Shown here in pieces: positions 12,307 through 24,582 of a stretch of DNA of 64,000 nt. The notes beneath the pieces were generated by a model. The model ran no database searches, was not told the origin of the DNA, and saw only the letters and a list, made by a program, of their open reading frames with translations. The translations under genes were made by a program, and so were the position numbers. This DNA is from Pavona decussata (lineage: Eukaryota), in contig CDRNST010000057.1 in assembly GCA_977016875.1 (NCBI GenBank), positions 2,232,001 through 2,296,000 on the forward strand, given 5' to 3'. The stretch's first letter is position 1. Each line of letters opens with the position of its first letter.

Positions 12307-15013
12307 TTAATCAAGCCCTGAGCAATAAGATGGGCAACTGGCCTGAACATGGGCAAGGCTTTAAATTCAAATGCATTGAGTGATCTTTTCTTGGCTGCAT
12401 TTGCTAAATATAATGAAAGAAAAATGGCTGCAGATAGATCGATCACCTATTAACAATTTAGTCTTTTTATCATTAATCTCATCATCATCTTTCATTTTCA
12501 GTTTTACAAGTCTGATATCACGTCTGTATCCATTTCCATCATCTCCAGTTATCTATTGAAGATAAAGCATAATACTGCTGGCAGGATTTATGTTTTGACT
12601 TTTGGTGTTAATAAGTTAAGAATATAATTTGTCCTTATTCAAAACATGGCTGTGATTTTTAAAATTGGTTTGTTTGCCAAGAAATCATCATTCAATAGTT
12701 GTTATCGTCTGAAAAAGCTTTGTGGCACTCAAGTTGAAGTACATGTAGGAAGAACTTAAGTGTGATTACTCCATAGCGCTTTTCATTCACGCTTTTAGTC
12801 TTACAGTATTTTTTGCAAAACGAAAAACATGGGATTTTTTAATATATATTTAAGGGAAACGTTGATGAGAGTAAAGCCAGGAAGCTTACCTCATGAAATG
12901 AAGCAACTTTTACTGAATTGCATTTACAAGTAATAGTATTTTACTTAGTTTTGAATCAAGTGTGTACAGAAAACAGTAACAGTAATTGTTATCTTGTACA
13001 TTTATGAACCAGAACGCATTAGCTTTGCAATCTCCACTGCACTGACATGTTTTAGAAACATGTACATTTGATTAATGTATGTAGCATATTCTTGTAGTGT
13101 AGAAAAATTAGATTTTCTCAGAAAACATTTTTATAGATCGTGAAATTCAATTTAAGAAACTGTGCTAGTTGATCCAGAATTATTTATTGTACATATATTT
13201 CATTTCTATCCATCATTTTACTGCTAATAAAATTAGCTTTGTACAGTTTTGATGTTCAGTCAACTTGTCCTTTATTTTCTCTTGGATCTTAATTACATGT
13301 ACCTCTGGGAAAAAAACAAGTCATCCACATATCATTTCTCTGAAAAAAGTTCAGATGGCAAGATAAATACGTCGTGCATGTTGTAGAGTTTGGGAATTGA
13401 TACCCTGTGAGCAGAGTCAGTGCCAATGTGCTGCCTTCCACAAAGAATGTTCTGCTTCCTGAAGAGGGTTAGTTTCTAGAGAAACTGTGGTGCTGTATCG
13501 GTGGGGAGTAGAAACGAATGTTTGGTTTAATCAACAAAGTTGAAGGGTAATTTGGCCACTGTAAAGACATCTGAGTGCTGATGCTTGGAGCGATAGCCTT
13601 TTGTCAGAGCAAATCCAAAGGGCTAACGCTCAACTGCAGCACATGAATCTTTTTATAGTGGACAAATTACTTTTCCTTATCAACATTGTTGCTCAAACCA
13701 AACATTTAATTTTGATTTGTTTAACAATTTTTCTTTTATCCGAAGATTAATCATAAGCTTTAACTTCTAATCATAATTTTTAAAAAAATTCAGAAGACAA
13801 GACTAGGCAATGAAAGTGAGTTTTGAAACTAATTATTTTCCAAATTGGACCATACCAAAAATTTTTACATGATTGTATGTGAACTATATTATTTTGCAAA
13901 GGACTACCCTAAAGCCTTTTAATTTTGCAGGGGTTAGAATTATTTTGCAAAAATCAATTAAAATTTGATAGTTAAATCAAGTAAGATTTTTTTCAGAGTA
14001 TTTGCAGACACTCTTCCAAAAACAGTGTTACTGAGAAAAGTAAAAAAATGTCCAGTACAAAAATGTAGTAGTTTTAGTGAACACCAAACATACAGACTGA
14101 CCACAAGCACATCTTCTTTGAATATGATGTACATTCCTATCCAGCATCATTCATTTTACAGCATGCAAGAAAGTAACCCATGCAGCAGTATTGTCCATGT
14201 GTGAGTGTCAAGTTTTGGTGGTGAAGCTATGATACCAAGTGGTGTAAACTGCAAGAAAATGATTTCAAATCACCTTTTCCGGATTCCCCTCATGACTTCA
14301 CTGCTCATTCGTCCAACTTTCATCTTCGCCCAACAAACTACCAGCCATGCAAGTGAGCAAGTGAGTAATACCTTAACATCATGTCCCATTATAAACATGA
14401 ATATTCTCCCCACTCTTCACATACAGTTCTTATGGTACTACTGAAGAGAATTTCTTATTAAAACAACAAAATTATTGACAGAAATCTTTCATCACTTGTT
14501 ACCATTTTCTTCTTCTAATCATTTCGGATCCCTTCTTCTCAAGATATAATTTTATGTTTGATACTGAAAATAGAACTTAGCTGCTGATTCACATTGGGAC
14601 TAACAGGCTTAAAAAGATTGGCAGATTTTTATTTTGTGACAAAAGCAATGAAATTGAATGCCATGCAAAAATAAAGGGCTCTAGCATGCACAACTAATTA
14701 CTACATGTATGCAAACAATATTTGGGAAATCATTTGGACATTTCATGAATGGGACTGAAGTTCACTACAGCACCTAACTATAAATTAAATCAAGAAGTCA
14801 AAACATGTCTTGAGCTGCACAGTAAGAATCACCACTACAATTCGCAGTCTGTTCACTTTCAGAGACTTGACTTTTTCATCACTATGAAGTTATAAGAATT
14901 ATTAATATAAAAAGTATTTTCCTCTTGGGAACTGATTATGACCTAGCTATTAATGCCATTTCGCCTTGACCATTCCAAGCGCTGTGGCGTTGAACTCCCA
15001 CTTGTAATGTAAA

Positions 15014-18000
15014 CTATCTTTGTCCTTTTTCTGGTGTCTTGTAAACTGGCGCAGTTGATTTAGGAAGGGGAGGATTCCCTAAGATAATATCAGCTGCCTT
15101 TTCAGCGATCATAACAGTGGGTCCATTAAGATTCCCACTCACAATACTTGGCATGATTGATGCATCAACAATTCTCAGATTTTCCACTCCCATGACCTCT
15201 GTTTTATTATTGACGACAGCCATTGGATCATCTTCAGAACCCATCTTACATGTGCATGATGGATGGTAAGCAGTATCAGCATTCTGTCTAACCCAAGCAT
15301 CAATTTGTTCATCAGTTTGAACATCATCACCTTCAAAGAAAAGAATGGCAAAAAATGGGTCATTGTTGAATAACAACATTTTTACAATAACTGTCCAAAT
15401 TCCCGCGCGCTGATTGGCTCGTAGCTATTGTCTATAAGAGTACAGACAATAAAAATGACGTCAGATGTAACGCGCGCGCTTTCTCAACGAAAAAAATAGC
15501 CAATTCCGCTCGTGCTTTTTCCATGTTATTGTAAAAAACAAATCGACGGCAGTTTTCTATGGTCTATACTCTTATAGACCATAAAATGACGCCATAAAAT
15601 GTCCAAAACTTGGCAGTGAAACCACTTGCCTGCGGCTCGTGGTTCCACTTGTGTTTTGAACATTTTTTGACGTCATTTTATGGTCTATAAGAGTATAGAC
15701 CATAGAAAACTGCCGTCGATTTGTTAAGTATATCTGTAGTTCTCAAAAAATAATAATACAGTATTACAAGATGATAGATAGCCCAGCACTCCCCTGACAT
15801 GTACTGCTGCCATATTTGTGGGGTATGGTATAATGGCTCATATACCACGGCCGCTAAACCAATCAAACCTCTAGAACTGTGTTATCCAATGGGTCAGTTT
15901 TGAATAATTACATGACTCTTTTTTTTTCTGGCTTATAATAAATAAATGGGTCATCAGTCAATAGCAGACAATTTCTTTTTTCCAATACATAAATATTAAA
16001 ACAACTCATGAGTATAAACACTACAGTTGATTCCATCCTGTCGATTATTTAGTTTGCATGGATCATATTTCTATGTGATTCATGCATACATACACATAGA
16101 AATTTGTTTAAACACTCAATCAGGAAACAGGAAATCGTTATCAATGGTGCTCCATCCACTAAATACATGTAGATACACAAAAATAATATCAGAGAAGTCT
16201 TAAATGATTGTCAATCAATCTTATAAAGGTTAAATTGGGTAAAAGTAAAAAAAAAAGTAAATGCTTTGGTTATAGTGGAAATAAACTTAGCTACCCAATG
16301 CTAGTTTACAGGCATTCCACTCAGTGGAATACCTGTGGTGCTTTGCTGACGGTATTTAAAGACAGCCCCTCAGCATTTTATCAGCTTTTCTTAACAATTT
16401 GACAGCATTATACTGGCAGCCAGTCTTATGATCATGCTATTCTTATAAAAAGCATCACATGTAGATAACATGTACAGCTTCCTGGTCACATTCTCATGAA
16501 CCTTTCTCCCTCTCATGAATCCCTTAAAATCCTAACAGCATTATTTGTTACTAGATGACCCTGTTACACTATCCACCACAAGGGGAATTCTCACTTCTCA
16601 CCAACCGTTCTCCATCCCCCTTCCCCCCCTCCCCCTCCACCACTAACCTGGCTGCAGTTCTTTTCCGCGGAATGGATCAAAAGCCTTTTGACTGAATATT
16701 TCTCTTGTCAGGCGAACAGAATCCCTTAACTCCACTCGATCTTCTTCTGTGGATAAGTAGTTGGGGTTTATGATGGGATGATCATAGGGATTCACTGACT
16801 TTAGCTTTACGTATCCGCGACTTGTGGCCCGCATGGAACCAACATGTACCTTGAAAAGAAGATTGTCTTGAGTAAAAATAAAAATCATGAAGATTCAGAG
16901 ACAATATTAATTTAAACTGAGGTGGGAAAATATACAAAGTCATGTAAACTGCCTTATGAAAGACTTGCATTAGAAAGACCATCATTATTTTTTACAAAAT
17001 TAATTACCACACAATTGTCTAAATTACAGTTAAGTATCCTGTACCACATTCACTTAACAGACTCACACACTCATTGAGCTGTAAGCTGTAAACATATGGG
17101 AGAGAAAGAGGGACGATGTACCTTCTTGCAAATGTTTTCAAATTGATTCAATTTAGTTTGACATGAAATGATGCAAATGTACTTAACACCAAATCATACA
17201 ATTTGTAGAAAACAACATTACATAACCCAACCCTAAAGATGCTTTGCTCATACCTGAACCCCTGATGAGCAACTGTGGACAAGCTTGAGGAAATGTGCCA
17301 CTAAGACTTTGTAAGAAACTTTTCAGAAATACTTTCTAGACCCAACAACATTACAATGATGACCTACTTGAAAAGCTTCTTTCTCAACAGTAACTCTGCC
17401 ATGATCTTTAAAGGCTGAAGGAAGAAAGTGGTACTGGATGTTGGGATGAGAGATGCCCTCTCTGGTGCGAATGAAGCCTCCAGCCTCAAGATGTGCAGTG
17501 GCACATGGCCCGGTTCTTGTGAGGAACCACTTGACACCAATAGGAATCATGTTCCACCACTTGAGTGAACGATACAAACTTAATGGCTGGGTGCATTCCT
17601 GAAAAATGTCAAAACAGAGTTAAGCTCTGGCTACTAAATTATTTAAAGGCATTGTTGTCTTCCTTAACTTGGACCCACTCAGGTTTTAAAACCCTGTGGG
17701 GGCAAATACCATGAAAGTTACATACATACAGGTACATGTTGTCACAGTGGAAGTGCCTTGAAGATCAGAACAGACACCTTCATAGCAGGGTGTCCACAAG
17801 GAAAATGTTTACTATACTACAGGGAGATGCTCTGCTATTGAACCATTAAACCATTTACTAGGTTCAAATGACATCTGTCTCACATACTGCTACGATCTGG
17901 ATTCATTTCAATTCCAATAATTTATATTCTTTCTTTCATTTCAAATCTTTGCCTTTCGAAATCCCTTTCTCCCTTGACATTTCTAATAATTGGGGGGACC

Positions 18001-20949
18001 ACATAATAAATACAATCAACATATAATTTACCACTAAATGTAGGACCTCAAAGAAACAGAAACAAGCAAACAGATCAAGACCACAACCATCACAACCCAC
18101 AAAAAAATGTGACTTTAAACTCTCCTGAACTAATCTTCCTTGTCTACTATAAGAAATGGCGAAAGTGAAAATGTTCGTTGATATTTCAACTACAAATTCG
18201 TACAGTTTGTATACAGCTGAGAGAAAACAAAATGCACTCAGACCTGGTGAAAGTACATCTCCAAATGATCCTGTAAGTTCTGCCCTACACCTGGAAGATG
18301 AACCTTCACAGGGATTCCAAGCTTCTTCAAATCATCTGCATTTCCAATGCCAGACAAGTTCAGTAATTGTGGTGTGTTAATAGCTCCAGATGTTAAAATA
18401 ACTCCCTTTCTTGCCCTTACACGTTTAAATTGATTTTGGCAGGTGTACTCGACACCTATAGCTTTATTATTTTCAAATACTATTCTGAAAATCATTGCTT
18501 TTGTGTCTGCTCGAAGGTTACGTCGCTTGAGCGCAGGTCTAAGGTAGGCATTGGCTGTATTCCATCGTATGCCTTTGTGGATCGTCATGTCCATCCAACC
18601 TAACCCCTCTTGTTGATAGCCATTCATGTCTTCTGTGAAAGGATAACCAGCCTGGACACCGGCATCAATAAATGCTTGATACAGAGGGTTGTCTGATTTG
18701 CCCCGTGACACATGAAGGGGGCCATCGCCTCCTCTGTAATCATCTGGACCTAGTGGGATAATGACAGTAGTAATCTTAATATAAATTAAACAGAAGAAAG
18801 GTCCTCACAGTCGTTTGTACAACTTATTAAAGCAGTTGTGAAAAGAAACCTAAAAAAATTCAGGCTTGAACGGGATTCAAACCCATGACATCTGTGATGC
18901 CAACCGGGAGCTGGTCATAATTATTATGAGTTCTCAGAATATGAGCAGCTCCCAGTTGGCTTGATAGCTCAGTTGGTAGAGCACTGTACTGGCATCGCAG
19001 AGTTTTGTTTTGACGTTGTCACTCCCAGGGGTCCTTAGACCAGTATACCCATCATACAATGATGTACACCAGTGAAAAGAGAGACAACATGAAGCAAAGT
19101 TTGTGGGGCTATTTCGTTCAAAATTCTTACCCAACTCGTGCGTCTGCGATTTCCTGAAGTAAGGCAAACAATCAGCATATGACCAGCCTTTAGCTCCTTC
19201 CTTTTCCCAGCGATCATAATCATAAGCATGTCCTCTGATGTACACCATGGCATTCAAAGATGACGACCCTCCCCAAACTCTCCCTCTAGGCTGATAGATA
19301 CGCCTACAAAAGAATTTGCTAGCCATTTATATTTTGTCTGTCAGTGAGTTAAAAGCAGATTACTAACAGTCTTTTTTTTTCATGTACTCTCAAAGAACAT
19401 GTGCTACCTGGAAACGCATTTCTTGATTACTTTTTTTACAAAACTATCATTGAAACATATTAATTCTTCGTGGCACCTGCAGGAGCAACCATCAAAAGTC
19501 CATGCTCTTCACACATTGAAATCCAAGATGAGGCAACAAAAAGGTGGCACTAGAGCCTATATGTCCTGATGCAAACATGAAATCAAGGGAGTTTGAGAGA
19601 CTGTTATTATCACTTCATGTGAATCCAGAAAAAACATTAAGCATGCAATCTCTTTTGTTTTTAAAGTTTACCTATTGTCCATAAACTCTTGTGGCTCTGT
19701 TTCATAATACCAGTTGTATTTGTTATCACAAAGGTTATAAATAAGAGCTGCAGGCATATGGATTTTCCACGTCCAATCTTTAGGTCCAGCCTCCAGCAGA
19801 ATAACTTTGTTGTCAGGGTTTTCCGACAGACGATTTGCTAGAACACAACCTGCTGAGCCTGCTCCACAGATCACATAGTCATGGGTTGAAGAGAACTTCA
19901 TTGTGGATAGGAGGCATTTTTGGTGGAAATTAGGTTGATGACCTGAAGGGAAAAAAGGAACAGCTCATTACAGGGGATTAATGCATGACTTGATTGAGGA
20001 TCACTGAATATGGAGTCTTCGGATGTATTCGGAAATCTTCGGATAATTTTATAGTCGTGTCCTTTTTGGAAAATCCTGGCACTCCCAGGTTTAATATCTC
20101 ATGCCTTTGAGTCAGAAAACGTTGGCGGTATACTATCAACAAAAAGTAAATTCCTTGTTCAATTCAAAGACATTTGTCCAGAGAACACTCCCATGAATCT
20201 TGAGAGGGTATTTCTGTTCATGACAACAAAAATTAACTTAAATGTCATAAATAATAAAATTAATTTTTAACTATTGAAATAAACTAAGCAAATACAGCCA
20301 TTGTTAATGATTCTAACAGCCCATATTTAAAACAGGATTCAGCATTTGGGGTAAAAATGACAGAAATAAGTGTCCTCAAAATCAATGCCCCACTTAAGTC
20401 ACAGAAATTCTCAAACCCACCAATAATTCATGAAGAGAAAACAAAGGAAATCACTACCATGAAGGAGGTTTGGAAATGTGATCTTAATTATCATAAAATT
20501 TGGTAAACTTTTGATTTGAATTTCTCCAATGATTAAAAATGGTTTAAGAAGGCATATCAAACACTACAAAGAGCGTTTCATCTTTTTTCAAAACACCTTT
20601 TAAAAGAACTTGCATATCATTTTCCAATCCACTTCTTGGTGTTTGGAAATAAAATAAAATAAAAACTCTTCATTGTGTTTGGTATATTAAACTCCAAGTA
20701 ATAATTATTTACCATTTTTTAAATTTGTGTTAATTTCATGGAACAAATTAATTTCCTTTTAATAAAAAGCTGTTAATATAAAATTTGAAAAAGTTGAGAA
20801 ACATGTCAACAGACATGCAATGAATCAATATTGTTCCATGAAACAGCAAGTAAAGAGAAAATTCATATCATGTACTTGCCATTTATTATACGGAGTGCTG
20901 GAGGCAGACTTTTAAAGGAGCATCTTTTTATAAGCATCAAGGAAGCCAT
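15014..20949 (-). CDS. CHDH: Choline dehydrogenase, mitochondrial (GMC oxidoreductase), paralogue A, 589 aa; coding exons 20949-20880, 19942-19672, 19303-19131, 18749-18244, 17598-17368, 16849-16648, 15330-15014
   Basis: FAD-binding [35 protein letters not shown], catalytic YHPSCT and GNLN, as in BetA/CHDH. Exon phases are consistent (1770 nt). Basic Ser/Leu-rich N-terminus [20 protein letters not shown]. The first coding intron needs a GC donor. Confidence 0.95.
15537..15725. repeat. Long hairpin (foldback) repeat in the last intron of CHDH-A
   Basis: AACAAATCGACGGCAGTTTTCTATGGTCTATACTCTTATAGACCATAAAATGACG and its reverse complement ending at 15725. Confidence 0.8.
18800..19002. mobile_element. 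tRNA-derived SINE fragments in opposite orientations (CHDH-A intron)
   Basis: A-box-like TAGCTCAGTTGGTAGAGC (~18965) and reverse B-box GGGATTCAAACCC (~18872). Same family as 39990-40138. Confidence 0.7.
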
Positions 20950-22188
20950 CTGATGATGTATTGATTGCAGCTATAATAAGAAAACATGATCAGAGTCATT
21001 TGTTGTATAGTACCTTGCTAATTGTTTCTATCTTTGGAAATGTATTTTTGTTAGGGTTTTAACTAAGTTGGCTTTTGTTATATAGCAGTACATCTTGTAA
21101 CATTGACTTGTTTTCTTCACCTGATCATTAGTGTGCCATATTAAGTCCCTGGTTTTGGCATCTCATTTTAAGTAACAGTGTTGTAAATAGCTGAACAGGA
21201 GTAGTCAACGTTGCTTCAATAATAAAAAAATTGATCATAATAGTGTGCGCCGTCAATTTTCTTAGTCTGAATGGATTTTGAACTTCTGAGGGGTTCAGGG
21301 AGGAGGGTTTTAAAAACCCGGAAATTCTGGAGGTGTGGGGGGGGGGGGGGGGGGGTCATCATAAACCCTCTGGAACGGAAATTGCGAGGGGATGGGAGGT
21401 TAAAATAAAAAAACCTTCCGTTAGGGGGGGGGGGGTATGGATATTTTCTGGAACTGCACAATCAGTGTAAGTTATATTAAAGAGTTATATTAAAAGTACA
21501 GTAAAGAAGTGATTAAAACTAGAAAATCGAAGAAGACTACAAAAGGATGCACTGATGTTGTGAACAAAAAAATTATAGAAGAGTCAGCAAAAGTAGACAG
21601 TAGTTGGATTATATTTTGTTCTCACATAACAGTTAACTCTAGTACTCTCCAAAAATCAACTTATTAACTCCTGTAGGTGGGTGAGTGTGTGGAGGGGGGA
21701 GGGGGGCTGGGGTGGCGGTGGGGGAGGGTGGTTATGGATGGGGCAAAACGAAGGAGGAGTTACCTAGGTTTTTGTTCTATGTTAACAAATTCAGTATTAA
21801 AAAATAACACAAGATGAACTCGACCCTAGTATGCATGTACTAATCGATATCGACAAAGGGACTACCTGCCACTATGATGCAATATAAAATACAAGTCTTC
21901 GTAGTACAACAACATTTGCAACGATCAGAGAGTTTCAAGCATGACCCGAGATCCGCTTTCATCGCTGCCGTAACTTCACGGCTTAAAAATTAAAAACAGA
22001 AAAAATGAAGATCAAAACTTAACTTATTTTTGTGCCATAAATGAAAAGTCTGCAGTAAAACCACTGACACATGACCAGAGAGCGCCATTTGAAGGTCGAA
22101 CTCTCGCACGTTGTGTCCGTGTTGCATTAAATTAACAACGCAGACCCAAACTATTTCTAAATATAAATTCGAGGGATGAAAGATATTT

Positions 22189-22620
22189 ACCTGGGAGGTT
22201 CAAAGAGATGACATTGAACGAGGTTTAAATAAACGTACGTACTCTACTTTCAGCTAGCCCGGCACAATGGAGTTCATGGATGGATATTGCACGCGTGAAA
22301 TTTTCGGGGAAATGGAAACTAGTACCAAAGCCGCAACCGGGTTTCAGAGCGGAAAAACGTTCTGCGCAATTTTTCTGCGCATATCCGTTCGCGGGCGCAA
22401 GGGAACTGAAAAACGCTGCCGGTTCGGTTCGATTCTGTACCGTTGAGCAGTGGCTTTTGTGGTAAAAATACATTTTACCATCTACGTTTTGTCCAATTTC
22501 ATCGAATATGCTATAAAGTCGGACCGGGCATTTTACCAACACCGTGTAAGGACAAGAGCGAAAACTGGATTTGCGGTACAGGTTCCGGTACATGACTACA
22601 AACACAGCAAAGGGACACTT
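22189..22620 (-). promoter_or_regulatory. Probable CHDH-A promoter and non-coding first exon (donor after 22191)
   Basis: CpG-dense segment and CCCAG|GTAAAT donor. Matching acceptor TTATAG|CTG at 20970, 21 nt before the ATG. Confidence 0.55.
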
Positions 22621-23560
22621 CTTTTGTAACTATGCTACACGAGCTTCATCTCTATTTTTATATTCTCTATGTTTCTCATTACAAGACAATTCATATTTGG
22701 CGTCAGCACAACTGAATTCTATTTGAAAAGTTGCAGCTGGTCAACCTCTGCTCACTGGATGCATTTATTTATTTATTTTTTCGTTTCTAAAACATAATTG
22801 CGCGACGAGTGAATGATGGCAAGACTGCGACCACGGAAGGCTTTGTGAAACAAATTCAAAATCTCCGCGGCTAAGCACAGTAACAAAAGGGGTTATTTGG
22901 GAAGTTTCCGTAATTAAAGCTATTTTTCCTGCCTTCAGTTGACCTGTGCAGATAAATATTGTTACACAACAGTTGTGTAATTGACCTGAGCCTACTAGAT
23001 GGATGCACACACACCCGCGTCAAAAACAAACTTTTTTATTGTGTTTATCATGATCAACTTTTAACTAATTATACTGGACCGCAAGTAGCGAAAGTTAATC
23101 GAGGCGGGCAGTGAAAGACAAAAAGAAATATACAATATATTGAAGAGACATATACTAAACTAAAAGAAATAAAGCAGTACAATATACTAAGAGATCGGAA
23201 GTAACGCATCGCATAAAATTGCTCCCTCAAAACCGATAATTAGATCCTTGCGAAAAAAATTAAAAATCCACTCTGGCAAACAATTTTATACTCTGGCAAA
23301 CTCAGTAATTAACGATTAACTATTTTTCTACCCAGGGTTAAGCTCTCGACCTTAAATATTCAGGGGTTTGCTTATATAGTCGCTTTTTGTAAAATGGTCC
23401 ATGACAATAACAGACCCGTAGAGGCGATTTGTTTACACGCCACGGGAACAATGAAGGTTTGAAAATCTTTCTAAAAGTCTAAGAAGCCCCAAGAAAATCG
23501 AGCCACAGCAAGGTTACATCTGCAGCTATCATCTTGTGTGGGATAATTATCGCTACTTAC

Positions 23561-23620
23561 CGAGATATCTGCGGTAGCATAGTAAATTGTTGAAAATAAG
23601 ACAATTAAAATTGCCGCCAT
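23561..23620 (-). CDS. Orphan first coding exon encoding a signal peptide (MAAILIVLFSTIYYATA|DIS)
   Basis: AAAATGGCGG start context in a CpG island, hydrophobic core, A-X-A cleavage motif, phase-0 donor TCG|GTAAGT. Downstream exons uncertain. Confidence 0.6.
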
Positions 23621-24582
23621 TTTTGAAACAGTTTGGTGCCCAGCGCCCACGCAGAGTTCGCGCATGCTTTTTACGTTTTTCCGCTCTGAACAACCGGGTG
23701 CCCCCGCCAGATAAGGGTGTGATCGCGGGGTCGATCGCGGGAAAGAGGTCGGGAAAGAGAACAACCCGCCAAGACGAGAACGGAAAACGAGTTTGCTCTA
23801 GCGTGTTTTATACTCCTCGTAGGCGTAAAAATAGTCTGACTTTCAGAAATTGGCTACGCTGTCATACAATTTTGAATCTTTTTTCTCGAACAGTTAAAAA
23901 AAAAAAATTGCAAGCTACGTACCGTGACGTTTGGTGGAATTGTGTGACGGGTCATCGTTTTGCAAAGTTTTCAAACTTACCTGGAATGCTAAGTTGTTGC
24001 CTTGGATTAACTGAACGACCGTCCCGACTCGAGTAGTCGTGTGGGCATGTTGCCACCTATGCCTTCAAGTTTGGGCCCCGTTTAGATCAGAAGGGTTTTG
24101 GATTGAAAATGATACCCCGTTCCAGAAGAAGAAGGAGAAGTAGCAATAGGAAATTTTTTTAATGCACTATTCGTTTGTTATCGACGACTCAGTCTGTCGA
24201 GGCCTCTGTATGTGGTCCAGTTTGTAAGTAAAACGTACCTGTTGTATTACAATTTAGTTCATCTAGTAAGGCTAACTTGAATGCAGACAAAAGAAATTAA
24301 AATGTCAGCTCGCAGACGTTACTTTGCCTCGTCACGCTATCTTTCGTTGGGTAGCCGAAGATTGCGTGAGCCGGTGAGGAGCCAAAAGATCGTCTGCAAT
24401 TTTCAAGTACACGTTCAGGCCTAAATTTGTGCCTAAAGCGGCGCAAAACATCACAAAGCAACCATATAGGCTCGAAAACGCCAGAGTAACCAGAAACGGG
24501 CTTTATAATTTATCAGTGCGACCTCTGATCGAACTCCTCCACTGCCAGTACAGGTCCTACAGGAGTCAAAAGTGATCAAAGC

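Noticed and set aside
18955-19002. Possible tRNA gene
   Set aside because: A-box-like head only, no complete cloverleaf; part of a repeated SINE (also 39990-40138).
22225-24036. ORFs 22225-22605 and 23587-24036
   Set aside because: Open frames expected in CpG-rich promoter DNA; no recognisable domain or splice support.
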